Below, in pieces: positions 46,248 to 54,263 of a stretch of 64,000 bases of DNA. A model generated the notes under the pieces. The model ran no database searches, was not told the origin of the DNA, and worked only from the letters and a program-made list of their open reading frames with translations. Made by a program: the position numbers and the translations under genes. Where the stretch lies: the IMG/VR virus record IMGVR_UViG_3300001847_000838, positions 26,296 to 90,295 of that record, one strand, 5' to 3'. Source of the stretch: a virus. Position 1 is the first letter of the stretch. Each line of letters starts with the position of its first letter.

Positions 46248-47119
46248 GTTGATGGCTCCTCAAAATAGTCTACGTTTTCATTGAAAAGCATCTTTCTATG
46301 CTGTATCCAGCCTATAAAATTTCCACTTTTAAATGTAGGATCAAGCGTAGCACAAGCTTGATGTTCTAATGGAGAAGCGTGCATTGGTTTGTGATATGCC
46401 AATCTTTCATATAAATCTATGTCTTCTTTAACTGTAGGAAACTTGTTGTCGTGGTTTAAGTATGAAACTCTGGCGCATCTTGCAGCAGATATCTTTAGCA
46501 GCATAAATAGAACTCCAGAATTGTCTCCTCTTTCTAGAAAGCTTGTTCTTTCTGCTTCTAATAAATCATCAGCAGTAACAAAAGGCAAATGCCAATCCCC
46601 TGGCTTCAACCTATTAGGTATACTTTTTGATATAACATCATACATTTTTTTTGCTAATTCATAAAATTCAGGCTGAGCATCTTTATGGTAACGCAAAGAA
46701 AAAAAATTGTTTAATTCAGTTGCCGTAACTACGACGCTTATATGAGACCACGGTTCTATTACTCTATTTGCTACTTGTTTGTGTACCCCTAACTTGTCCA
46801 ATAAAAAAGCAAATAGACAAGCAATATAACCAAGAATTTTCCACGCTATCAAAGCAATCCGTTTTTTGATAACAGAAACTTCCTTAGATGCTTGCATGCC
46901 CTTTTTGTTAGCTCCTACATGTATAGGTATTGCCATATGTTTAAGTACATTAACAATCTGTTTTTTAACAGGTATAGCTCTAGATGAAGAAGCATTTCTA
47001 CTTAATGATCTATGTGTCATCACTTCACTGTGTATAAATCTAGGGTAAGTTAAAACAAAAGTTACTATCCTTTTGCCATTAGGGCCAATAGAATCTTCTA
47101 TTACCTTGGCGTCTATCAT
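46244..47119 (-). CDS. thyX: flavin-dependent thymidylate synthase (ThyX/Thy1, phage type)
   Basis: PRFIHSEVMTHRSLSRNASSSRAIP, HKQVANRVIEP, LRYHKDAQPEF, HASPLEHQA. Confidence 0.85.
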   Translation of the reverse strand: MIDAKVIEDSIGPNGKRIVTFVLTYPRFIHSEVMTHRSLSRNASSSRAIPVKKQIVNVLKHMAIPIHVGANKKGMQASKEVSVIKKRIALIAWKILGYIACLFAFLLDKLGVHKQVANRVIEPWSHISVVVTATELNNFFSLRYHKDAQPEFYELAKKMYDVISKSIPNRLKPGDWHLPFVTADDLLEAERTSFLERGDNSGVLFMLLKISAARCARVSYLNHDNKFPTVKEDIDLYERLAYHKPMHASPLEHQACATLDPTFKSGNFIGWIQHRKMLFNENVDYFEEPST

Positions 47120-47358
47120 TCTTGCTCCTCTGCACGACGCTGGGATTCTCTTGGAGAGATATCTATCCTAACTCCTTCAATATGAACTTTTTTGCCAGAA
47201 CGAAATCTTTTTGCATAAACATAAGCAAGTTGTCGGCTAAGAAAAGTGCCATGATTTTCCCAGACATTTTTGGTACGACCAGAAGAGTTTGTTGTTTGAC
47301 CTATCAATACAAGCAATCGTTGACCAATATGTACAGTGTTTTTATTGTTGCGCTTCAT
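47116..47358 (-). CDS. hypothetical basic protein
   Basis: coupled ORF. Confidence 0.5.
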   Translation of the reverse strand: MKRNNKNTVHIGQRLLVLIGQTTNSSGRTKNVWENHGTFLSRQLAYVYAKRFRSGKKVHIEGVRIDISPRESQRRAEEQE

Positions 47359-47740
47359 CTTCTTTTTCCTCTTCTTGTTTTTCTTCTTTTGGTAACTCTA
47401 AATTATCTTTTTCTTGTTTTTCTGCTTCTACTTTTTCCTCTTCTGTAGGCGGCACAAGATCTTCAAATGCTTGCGCTTTTTCTATAGCAAGAAAACTAGA
47501 AAGTGCTTCTAGCAAATTGCCATCTTCTATAGCAGCTATATGTTCTACTGCTTCGGCAGCATATTCGTTTCCTGCTTCATAAGCACTTAATGCAACATCT
47601 GCCGTAGTAACTTCTACTGAGAACCTATAAGCCGCTACTGCTCGAGCTGCCCATTTCATTGCTGTATCATATTGTATTTTTTGGTAACTATTTTGCTGTA
47701 TTTCAAGTAAAGCTTCTTGGATCAAATCTTCACTAAGCAT
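47342..47740 (-). CDS. hypothetical helical protein
   Basis: Ala/Glu-rich; TAMKWAARAVAAY; acidic tail. Confidence 0.65.
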   Translation of the reverse strand: MLSEDLIQEALLEIQQNSYQKIQYDTAMKWAARAVAAYRFSVEVTTADVALSAYEAGNEYAAEAVEHIAAIEDGNLLEALSSFLAIEKAQAFEDLVPPTEEEKVEAEKQEKDNLELPKEEKQEEEKEDEAQQ

Positions 47741-47742
47741 GA

Positions 47743-48009
47743 TTATGCCCTCATTTTTTTAGTGCGTTGCGCACGAGGAATTAAAGTACCATTAGCAATC
47801 ATTTGGGCTCGAAGTTGAGCAACTTGTTCGCTTGTAAGATAGGCAGGAGGATCGTTGGTCTTAATAATACCCGACTTAATAAGATGTTGACGAAACTTTT
47901 CGTGTTCTTCATCGGTCATAAACCGGCGCTCAAAATAATCTGGTTTACGTGCTCCTTCTCGACGAGAAGGGCTATTTGGCGCAGGCTGTTTGTTGTTGCT
48001 GTTTTTCAT
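47743..48009 (-). CDS. small protein with two internal helical repeats
   Basis: MTDEEHEKFRQHLIKSGII and LTSEQVAQLRAQMIANGTL; GGAG SD. Confidence 0.6.
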   Translation of the reverse strand: MKNSNNKQPAPNSPSRREGARKPDYFERRFMTDEEHEKFRQHLIKSGIIKTNDPPAYLTSEQVAQLRAQMIANGTLIPRAQRTKKMRA

Positions 48010-48041
48010 TAGATACTCCAGTAAAAGTTAGACTTGCTACT

Positions 48042-48070
48042 AGAATGTCATAAGAAAATATAACTGTCAA
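48042..48070 (-). promoter_or_regulatory. sigma70-type promoter
   Basis: TTGACA, 17 nt, CATTCT. Confidence 0.6.
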
Positions 48071-48071
48071 G

Positions 48072-48953
48072 TTAGTCTAAAAAAAATTTCGATAAAGGAA
48101 ACTGATCGCCATATACGCCACAATATTGCTTCCACACACCCTTCATGCCGTTTGGGTAAATTTTGTAAAGGCGTTTATACCAAAACTTTGAGCATAAAGA
48201 TACTAACTTACTTTGTGTTGGAGAGTGTTCGTTAGCTATAACTAATGTCCAATCCATGTACCATGAATCGGGTTTACTTGAATTTCCAAAAATGGCCTGC
48301 AATAAAAGTCCGCCTGCAGCAAAGAAAGTGCCTAAAAAACTTGGTTTACGATGGGAGTTTACTTCAAGAGCAAAAGTGATAGCAGGAAATCTTCCCATCC
48401 AAGGCTCTAGCCATGGTTTGTATCCCCAAGGGGCAAATGGCCAATATAAAAGTTTGGTAAAAAAATTAGAGTTTAAATCTAGCTTATCATATAGCCTGAA
48501 CTCATTGTTTGTGTTGTTTAACCAACGATAAAGTTTAGGTATCCACCATCTTAGTTTTATAGTTCCATTAGAACCTTTTCCATAATCAAGAATATCGCTG
48601 GATACACACCCAGGAGCAAAAGTGTACATTGCAGTTAGGCCCTTATAATCATCTGGCCCTTCTTGATCTCTGTTAGTTGATGTTCTACACAAAAGAGGGT
48701 ATTTAGGTTCTAAGCAACCATATACCGCATCCATAAGTTGGATAAGAAAACTAACTATTTCATCATCATATTCAATTTTTGCTGCAATTGATGCCCTGTC
48801 AATCATTGCATACACTATTCCAGTATAAAGAACGCCGTTTAGTGTAGTAGGCTCCCCATCTGAGCCAATCGGTATTGTATGGATTAAACCGTTTTTATCT
48901 TGCCATCTTGATTTTAACTGATTTATACATTCAATTATATCGTTTTTGGTCAT
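48072..48953 (-). CDS. uncharacterised Trp/Tyr-rich protein (293 aa)
   Basis: long ORF; no family recognised; TG-A-TATTAT ends 6 nt before the ATG. Confidence 0.65.
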   Translation of the reverse strand: MTKNDIIECINQLKSRWQDKNGLIHTIPIGSDGEPTTLNGVLYTGIVYAMIDRASIAAKIEYDDEIVSFLIQLMDAVYGCLEPKYPLLCRTSTNRDQEGPDDYKGLTAMYTFAPGCVSSDILDYGKGSNGTIKLRWWIPKLYRWLNNTNNEFRLYDKLDLNSNFFTKLLYWPFAPWGYKPWLEPWMGRFPAITFALEVNSHRKPSFLGTFFAAGGLLLQAIFGNSSKPDSWYMDWTLVIANEHSPTQSKLVSLCSKFWYKRLYKIYPNGMKGVWKQYCGVYGDQFPLSKFFLD

Positions 48954-48969
48954 AACTATATAATATCAT

Positions 48970-48991
48970 AAAAAAAGCCCCTTTCGGGGCT
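48970..48991 (-). terminator. intrinsic terminator
   Basis: AGCCCC-GAAA-GGGGCT followed by a U-tract, just after the DUF932 stop. Confidence 0.85.
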
Positions 48992-49012
48992 GATGTCAGT
49001 CTTCTTTTAAAA

Positions 49013-49981
49013 TTAAGCAGCTAAAGTTACCATCGTTACTGCCGTCTCCAGCGCTTTTTTGTTGATCTGCATGCCTTGACCAAACCAGGTATTATCAAGT
49101 CTTGCTTGACTGTCTTCGCCGCGTTCGTATTGGACATACTCAGAAACCGCTTGGTAAGCGCTCCAGAAAGTTCGACGTGTTTCTGGAAGATTTTGGCCGC
49201 GTCCGTTTTCAAAAAGGTTGATAATTTTACCTTTAATACGATCTCCAGAGTTTAGCTCCTCTACATTGCCTTCAGCATCAGACATTTGCTTTTTTGTAGC
49301 AAACACAATTTTGATATACTTTTCGAGGTCAGAAGTGTTAATCTCACGGGAAGCTAACAGGCGATATTGCTCAGCTGTTGTCTCAAACTCTTGATCCGCA
49401 AGGTTCATAGTTTCGCGGATCTTTTCAAGATTGCTTACTACATTGCCACTATGCTTTACGCGAATGAGCTTAGAGGCGTTACTATCATGAGCCATTGCTA
49501 GAGTGTTGGCGCAGACTACCCGAATTGGAGTAAAACCTACCCGAACTGCAAGCGTACCATCATGGCTGTTGGAAAGAAGGACATACTTCTCCACGATATC
49601 GTTGCCCTTGATCACAAGGGCGTCGCGCTTGAGCTTGCAGAGCACAAACACGCGCTTGCCCTGGCGGAGCGAACCCGCGCACTCGATGGTGGCCTCGTTT
49701 GCGTCGAGGAAGGGCTTAAAAAAGGAAAAGGCCTCGTCGTTTTGAAGCGGCTTGTAAGCCGGGCCAACCACGCCAAGGATCGAGAGATCCGAGCTACGGC
49801 GAGTAAGGAGCGCTGGAGCCTTGTCGCCGTTATTAGCAAAGAGTGGCTCCGTGGTTACTTTCCAGTTTAGGCCCGCAGCAACAATTGCATCGTCTAGTGT
49901 GGGTGGCTCAAGAAAACGCTGGCCTAGGCTATGCCAAGGGGTTTGACCTACATACATCATTTGTTCTACTTCATGTGCCAT
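49013..49981 (-). CDS. DUF932 / TIGR03299-like phage-plasmid protein
   Basis: MAHEVE...PWHSLG, AGLNWKV, AGSLRQGKRVF, LLSNSHDGT, TPIRVVCANTL. Confidence 0.88.
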   Translation of the reverse strand: MAHEVEQMMYVGQTPWHSLGQRFLEPPTLDDAIVAAGLNWKVTTEPLFANNGDKAPALLTRRSSDLSILGVVGPAYKPLQNDEAFSFFKPFLDANEATIECAGSLRQGKRVFVLCKLKRDALVIKGNDIVEKYVLLSNSHDGTLAVRVGFTPIRVVCANTLAMAHDSNASKLIRVKHSGNVVSNLEKIRETMNLADQEFETTAEQYRLLASREINTSDLEKYIKIVFATKKQMSDAEGNVEELNSGDRIKGKIINLFENGRGQNLPETRRTFWSAYQAVSEYVQYERGEDSQARLDNTWFGQGMQINKKALETAVTMVTLAA

Positions 49982-50018
49982 TTGAACCTCCTAGAGTTCT
50001 ATTGTTTGGTACACATTT

Positions 50019-50047
50019 AGAATAACAAGGCTAACTTAATATGTCAA
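50019..50047 (-). promoter_or_regulatory. strong sigma70-type promoter
   Basis: TTGACA, 17 nt, TG-extended TATTCT; AT-rich upstream; AGGAGG SD downstream. Confidence 0.75.
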
Positions 50048-50080
50048 GTAACATATAAGTTATTGAAATAAATAAATATT

Positions 50081-50191
50081 TCATTTTTTTTTAAAAAAAT
50101 TAGACATATAAAAATAGATAATCGCAATGGGTATTCCACCCGGAATAACAAAAACCAACAAAAAGATGAGCGTTTTTTTCCATTTACTCAT
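50081..50191 (-). CDS. small membrane peptide (36 aa)
   Basis: hand-translated MSKWKKTLIFLLVFVIPGGIPIAIIYFYMSNFFKKK. Confidence 0.5.
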   Translation of the reverse strand: MSKWKKTLIFLLVFVIPGGIPIAIIYFYMSNFFKKK

Positions 50192-50396
50192 AGACGATCA
50201 TGACGCTGGCAAACCCTATATCGGAATGGCCAATCCCAAGCACCCTAGCAACGTCATCGGTCATAGGTTTTAAGTCAGTAATTACAACCTCAAGAACCTC
50301 GTCTGTTTTTTGCCTTTCTTCTACTTTTTTGCATACCTGTTTTTCTAAGTGGTCTCTTCCTGTAAAAGTTATTACTTTTATATCAAATTTTTTCAT
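50184..50396 (-). CDS. hypothetical protein
   Basis: ATGA-coupled to dut. Confidence 0.55.
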   Translation of the reverse strand: MKKFDIKVITFTGRDHLEKQVCKKVEERQKTDEVLEVVITDLKPMTDDVARVLGIGHSDIGFASVMIVYE

Positions 50397-50869
50397 TTCC
50401 CAGTGCTCCCAAATCCGCCAACTCCTCGATCAGTATCGCTAAGTTCTTCTACCATTTCAATCTCTGGGTGTTCTACTTTTTGAAAAACAAGCTGACAAAT
50501 CTTATCGCCTTTTTTGTAAATTGTAGGTGCTAAATTTGTTTTTTCTGCATCCATAGCTGCTAGTGCATCTATTTTAAACCGTATTAAGATTTCGCCACGA
50601 TAATCAGAATCTATAGTAGCAACACTATTTGCTAAGATTAAGGCAGTTTTGCTAATAGAGCTACGGGGGCGAGCTTGTGTTTCGTAGCCATGCGGCACCT
50701 CTATAGCAAGACCTGTACGATACTGAATATAATAATATATATCTTCACCTTGTTTACTTTGTACAAATTCTGGATTAGATACAGCTTTAACGTCATATCC
50801 AGAAGACCCTTCAGTTCCTCTAGTCGGTAGCTCGGCTTCTGGGATTAGCTTCTTAAATAATACTTTCAT
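50393..50869 (-). CDS. dut: trimeric dUTPase
   Basis: GSSGYD, PRSS, TIDSDYRGEI, ICQL, RGVGGFGSTG. Confidence 0.95.
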   Translation of the reverse strand: MKVLFKKLIPEAELPTRGTEGSSGYDVKAVSNPEFVQSKQGEDIYYYIQYRTGLAIEVPHGYETQARPRSSISKTALILANSVATIDSDYRGEILIRFKIDALAAMDAEKTNLAPTIYKKGDKICQLVFQKVEHPEIEMVEELSDTDRGVGGFGSTGK

Positions 50870-50877
50870 TTTATCTC

Positions 50878-51282
50878 CTAATTAAAAAGTGTTTCAAACT
50901 CAAAAGACCAAAACCAATCTCCGCGCTCTACGCTTTTGTCTACTATTATTCTAAGAACGCCATTGCCAGCCACCATTCTACCAAAACCTTTATATTCTGT
51001 ATATCTTACCCTTTTAAATGGCTGCATATCTAAGTATACAATGTTTCCAGACTTTCCATTAGATATACCAGACTCTATTTCAGCCAATACATAACCTGGC
51101 CTAACAAGCCCCAAAAAATAGCCAATTTTTTTCCAAAAACCATAAGGCCTTACAAAAAACCTTAATTCAGCAATCTGCGTAGTGCTTGTGCTGATGTCAT
51201 ATTCCATAATTGAAAGTCCGTCATCACTTTTCATTACTCTTGGTGGCACGTTAAGAAGCCTCGATTTGAGAGAGAACGGCAT
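50878..51282 (-). CDS. hypothetical protein
   Basis: ORF track. Confidence 0.55.
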   Translation of the reverse strand: MPFSLKSRLLNVPPRVMKSDDGLSIMEYDISTSTTQIAELRFFVRPYGFWKKIGYFLGLVRPGYVLAEIESGISNGKSGNIVYLDMQPFKRVRYTEYKGFGRMVAGNGVLRIIVDKSVERGDWFWSFEFETLFN

Positions 51283-51580
51283 TGATTTTATCCCTTAAAG
51301 CTAAAGCTACATCTGTGTTGTATTTTTTGTCTTTATAACCTAAAGCTTGAGCAACCTCCAAAACAGAAGCATTATTTTTCGCTAAGGAAACTCCACCTCC
51401 TGGCCCTCTATGCGATTTAGTTATACCTGCTCTTGAAAGCTTAGAAACTACTCGATCCAAAAAAGCATGTGATGCATTGATTTTGTTAGCTACATCTTTT
51501 ACTCTTACGGGCTTATCGGAAGACCGAATAGTTTGCAAAGTTGCTAAAGCGATCTCTAAATTACGGTTTATATTTAGCAC
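51251..51580 (-). CDS. Rrf2-family winged-HTH regulator lacking cysteines
   Basis: VKDVA...SHAFLDRVVSKLSRAGITKSHRGPGGGVSLAK; AGGAG SD with GTG start. Confidence 0.85.
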   Translation of the reverse strand: MLNINRNLEIALATLQTIRSSDKPVRVKDVANKINASHAFLDRVVSKLSRAGITKSHRGPGGGVSLAKNNASVLEVAQALGYKDKKYNTDVALALRDKINAVLSQIEAS

Positions 51581-51592
51581 ATTTTTCTCCTG

Positions 51593-51925
51593 TTAAAAAT
51601 TCCATCCAAAGCCTAAACTTCCTTGTTTTTTTGACCCTACAAAAATAACGTTATTACAAAAAGATCCTCCTCCTATTCGTACTGAGCCAGTTCCTCCAGA
51701 ACTTATTTTGGTGGCTATCACCCCATAAGCAAAAAGTTTATAGGCACTATTGCCAATAGTTTTTTGGGCTTCTTTTTCAGCTTTATTTTTTAAAGTGTTT
51801 TCAATTTGGTTTACAGATTGATACAATCCAGATTGAATGTTAGCAGCTTCTAGTGTTTTATTGCATACATTTTGGGGTCCAGATACTCCGGCGCAGATGG
51901 TAGCTACCATAAGCTCATTTATCAT
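51593..51925 (-). CDS. hypothetical exported/outer-membrane-like protein
   Basis: C-terminal GSLGFGWNF resembles a beta-signal; three Cys. Confidence 0.55.
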   Translation of the reverse strand: MINELMVATICAGVSGPQNVCNKTLEAANIQSGLYQSVNQIENTLKNKAEKEAQKTIGNSAYKLFAYGVIATKISSGGTGSVRIGGGSFCNNVIFVGSKKQGSLGFGWNF

Positions 51926-52130
51926 ATGATTTCCTTGGTACTTTTGCTTGCCTTTCGTTATACAACAACGGAAGAGCTACAAATGTGCTGTCCAAACAAT
52001 CAGAATTAAGTTGGGAAGCTATAGATCTGGCTTCTTTTATGGATGGAGCTATATACGTTAGCCTTAATCTGTAAGTATCTTTTTCTTTAATTTGCTCAAA
52101 AATTCCCGATTCCATATTAATCCTTATCAA
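51915..52130 (-). CDS. hypothetical protein
   Basis: coupled ORF. Confidence 0.5.
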   Translation of the reverse strand: MIRINMESGIFEQIKEKDTYRLRLTYIAPSIKEARSIASQLNSDCLDSTFVALPLLYNERQAKVPRKSYDK

Positions 52131-52254
52131 GTTTAGTATGTTTATCGACGTTTTCTTTGCTACACGATACTATGTTACCATTATCATCTTTACATGGCTG
52201 TGAACTACATCGAGTAAAAGACCAAAATATCCAAACTAATAACATCCATCTCAT
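52117..52254 (-). CDS. small putative lipoprotein (45 aa)
   Basis: hand-translated MRWMLLVWIFWSFTRCSSQPCKDDNGNIVSC... Confidence 0.5.
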   Translation of the reverse strand: MRWMLLVWIFWSFTRCSSQPCKDDNGNIVSCSKENVDKHTKLDKD

Positions 52255-52257
52255 GAT

Positions 52258-52563
52258 TTACCCTTCAATGTTCAAAACATTAAACAAAAATAAAGTGCCT
52301 ACCAAGAACAAAAGTATGCTTGCTAATCCAGAAGTAAAAGATGAAAAATAAACTAATGCTATACCAATAGTATGTGATTTTGATTTTTTTAAACCTATAT
52401 ATGATCCAGTAATCATTAATCCAGATAGTCCCCACAAAAAAAGAGAAAAAGGTGAAATTCCTTGTTTAAATTGAAGAAATAAAGTTACTATAGAGCCCAA
52501 CAATCCGCTAACCATTAACCCTCTAGCGTTTTCAACTAAAAAATAATTAAGTTTATCTAGCAT
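52258..52563 (-). CDS. multi-pass membrane protein
   Basis: about three hydrophobic segments; ATG at 52563. Confidence 0.6.
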   Translation of the reverse strand: MLDKLNYFLVENARGLMVSGLLGSIVTLFLQFKQGISPFSLFLWGLSGLMITGSYIGLKKSKSHTIGIALVYFSSFTSGLASILLFLVGTLFLFNVLNIEG

Positions 52564-52564
52564 A

Positions 52565-52900
52565 TTATTTTTCCCTCTTAAAAAGGTTATCATAAAAGTC
52601 AGTTATCTTCAAGCACATTTTTTCAAATCTAGGATCATCCATATCTTCTTTACAAGGACCATTAAAATAGTCTGGACATACTTCATCTATTTCAATCATT
52701 AGTAAATCTGCGGTATCATCCATACCTAAATGTAAAAAATCATAGATAAAAGATATTAAAGCCCTTGCTCTAACTCTAGGGGAAAAGTTGCTTTCTTGTT
52801 TGCGGTATATTTTGTACATTTTAACAACTTTATGATGAAGTTGCTTATCTGCTTCAGTAACATCACCTATAGGTAATTCAAGTGAAATCTTTTTTACCAT
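52565..52900 (-). CDS. hypothetical protein
   Basis: coupled to the PagL-like gene. Confidence 0.6.
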   Translation of the reverse strand: MVKKISLELPIGDVTEADKQLHHKVVKMYKIYRKQESNFSPRVRARALISFIYDFLHLGMDDTADLLMIEIDEVCPDYFNGPCKEDMDDPRFEKMCLKITDFYDNLFKREK

Positions 52901-53394
52901 GGTATCATTACCTGAACCCCAATAAAATCTCTGCCAAGATTTGGCATAAATATACCGGCACTAGAAAAATGTTTGTAAAATAGTCCAACTGCTACTTTTT
53001 TTTCTTGATCTCTTATTCCTATACCAACTTCTTCCACAAATTGTAATGGACCACCAAGGACTTCATCTGGGCAAGATATTGCAGCTATTCCTTGAAATAA
53101 ATTAACATACACTGAACCTGCAGATGGTTCTACTCCTAATAGCCCAGATATATAAGCTGAACTTTTTGCTCCTTGTTTTTCAGTATTATCTATCCAAAAA
53201 CCACCTTCATAACGTGTTTGAAATATAGAAAAATCATCTTGATGACCTAAAGCAACGCCTTTTTGAGAGGATGGATTTCCTTTAGCAGATACTATATACT
53301 TTAAAAAATATCCTTCTTCAGCAAAAGCTCCCCTAGAGCACAGTATACCCAACACGATCAAGCTAATTCGAAACATATTTTTGAGCCTCTTCAA
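52894..53394 (-). CDS. pagL: PagL-like lipid A 3-O-deacylase (outer-membrane beta-barrel)
   Basis: signal peptide ending AFA; LGGPLQFVEEVGIG and KHFSSAGIFMPNLGRD...IPW match the PagL HxSxAG..PNxGx(E/D) signature; aromatic C-terminal residue. Confidence 0.75.
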   Translation of the reverse strand: MKRLKNMFRISLIVLGILCSRGAFAEEGYFLKYIVSAKGNPSSQKGVALGHQDDFSIFQTRYEGGFWIDNTEKQGAKSSAYISGLLGVEPSAGSVYVNLFQGIAAISCPDEVLGGPLQFVEEVGIGIRDQEKKVAVGLFYKHFSSAGIFMPNLGRDFIGVQVMIPW

Positions 53395-53644
53395 GCGAAG
53401 ATATAATCTCTTCTGAGCTAACTATATTTTTAGATACATCTAATATTTGGCGGTCAAAATCTCTTTTGGTAGCAAGCCTTAAGCTATCATGTGATCGATA
53501 AGCTTCGTATGGTCCACTAGAATCTTGTATTTCAAAGATTACGTAATAAGTATTAACATCCAATACTTTTCCTGGGTATGTCCATTTATAAGTTTCCTGT
53601 TTATTATCACAAAGTCCGCAGACCCACTGCCCTTTTTTGAACAT
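53363..53644 (-). CDS. hypothetical protein (SH3-like N-terminus)
   Basis: MFKKGQWV...GKVLDV; AAGGAG SD. Confidence 0.6.
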   Translation of the reverse strand: MFKKGQWVCGLCDNKQETYKWTYPGKVLDVNTYYVIFEIQDSSGPYEAYRSHDSLRLATKRDFDRQILDVSKNIVSSEEIISSLEEAQKYVSN

Positions 53645-53645
53645 A

Positions 53646-54038
53646 CTACTCCTTGTATACCCTGCACCAAACACTATGCTTATTAGATCCTATCTTGTGG
53701 GCTCCGCACTCGCAGATCGGTGGAAGTTGAATTTGGGGCGTACCACTCGTATTGCTTTCCTTAAAAAAACTAGAAAGTTCTTCATAAGCTTGAACAATTT
53801 GACCGCCCTGATTTCCGCTATTGTGTATAGGCATAAGTCCTGTACGTTTATAGGTTACATTTCCATGACCTACCATAGGTACAACCTCAAAATAACAATA
53901 ATCTCCTTTGCTGTCTATCCAGCTAAAAGCTTGCTCATCCCATTGAAATGAAGCTGCGCTATTAGGCACAAAATATGTATAGGAATCACTTGGAGCAGGT
54001 TGGTATAGACCATCTGGCCACACAATCATTGGGTTCAT
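53646..54038 (-). CDS. hypothetical protein with C-terminal CECGA...HS.WC zinc motif
   Basis: CECGAHKIGSNKHSVWC. Confidence 0.65.
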   Translation of the reverse strand: MNPMIVWPDGLYQPAPSDSYTYFVPNSAASFQWDEQAFSWIDSKGDYCYFEVVPMVGHGNVTYKRTGLMPIHNSGNQGGQIVQAYEELSSFFKESNTSGTPQIQLPPICECGAHKIGSNKHSVWCRVYKE

Positions 54039-54214
54039 ACGTTTTTTCCTTTTTTGAGTTGTTTGATGCGTTTTTTTATCTTTTTAGCTTGATCGCCAAA
54101 CATAATATGTAGGCTAGAGTCTTTGGGGTGATCTTTCATGGCTCTTAAAGTTAGCTTTAGTCCTTCCTCTTCAACTTTAATCAAGTCTTTAACTTTGTTA
54201 AGTTTTTTATCCAT
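54035..54214 (-). CDS. small basic protein (59 aa)
   Basis: hand-translated MDKKLNKVKDLIK...; GGAG SD; first gene behind a promoter. Confidence 0.6.
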   Translation of the reverse strand: MDKKLNKVKDLIKVEEEGLKLTLRAMKDHPKDSSLHIMFGDQAKKIKKRIKQLKKGKNV

Positions 54215-54234
54215 AATAAATCTCCACTTTTTAT

Positions 54235-54263
54235 AGTTTACCTAAGTAGTTTAGCTAAGTCAA
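54235..54263 (-). promoter_or_regulatory. sigma70-type promoter
   Basis: TTGACT, 17 nt, TAAACT. Confidence 0.65.

Noticed and set aside
50081-50186. Apparent homopolymer frameshift in a small membrane ORF starting at ATG 50183
   Set aside because: An upstream ATG at 50191 gives the intact 36-aa peptide without any shift.
52117-52563. Holin/spanin lysis cassette
   Set aside because: No endolysin nearby, and the genes lie in the sigma70-driven early region.
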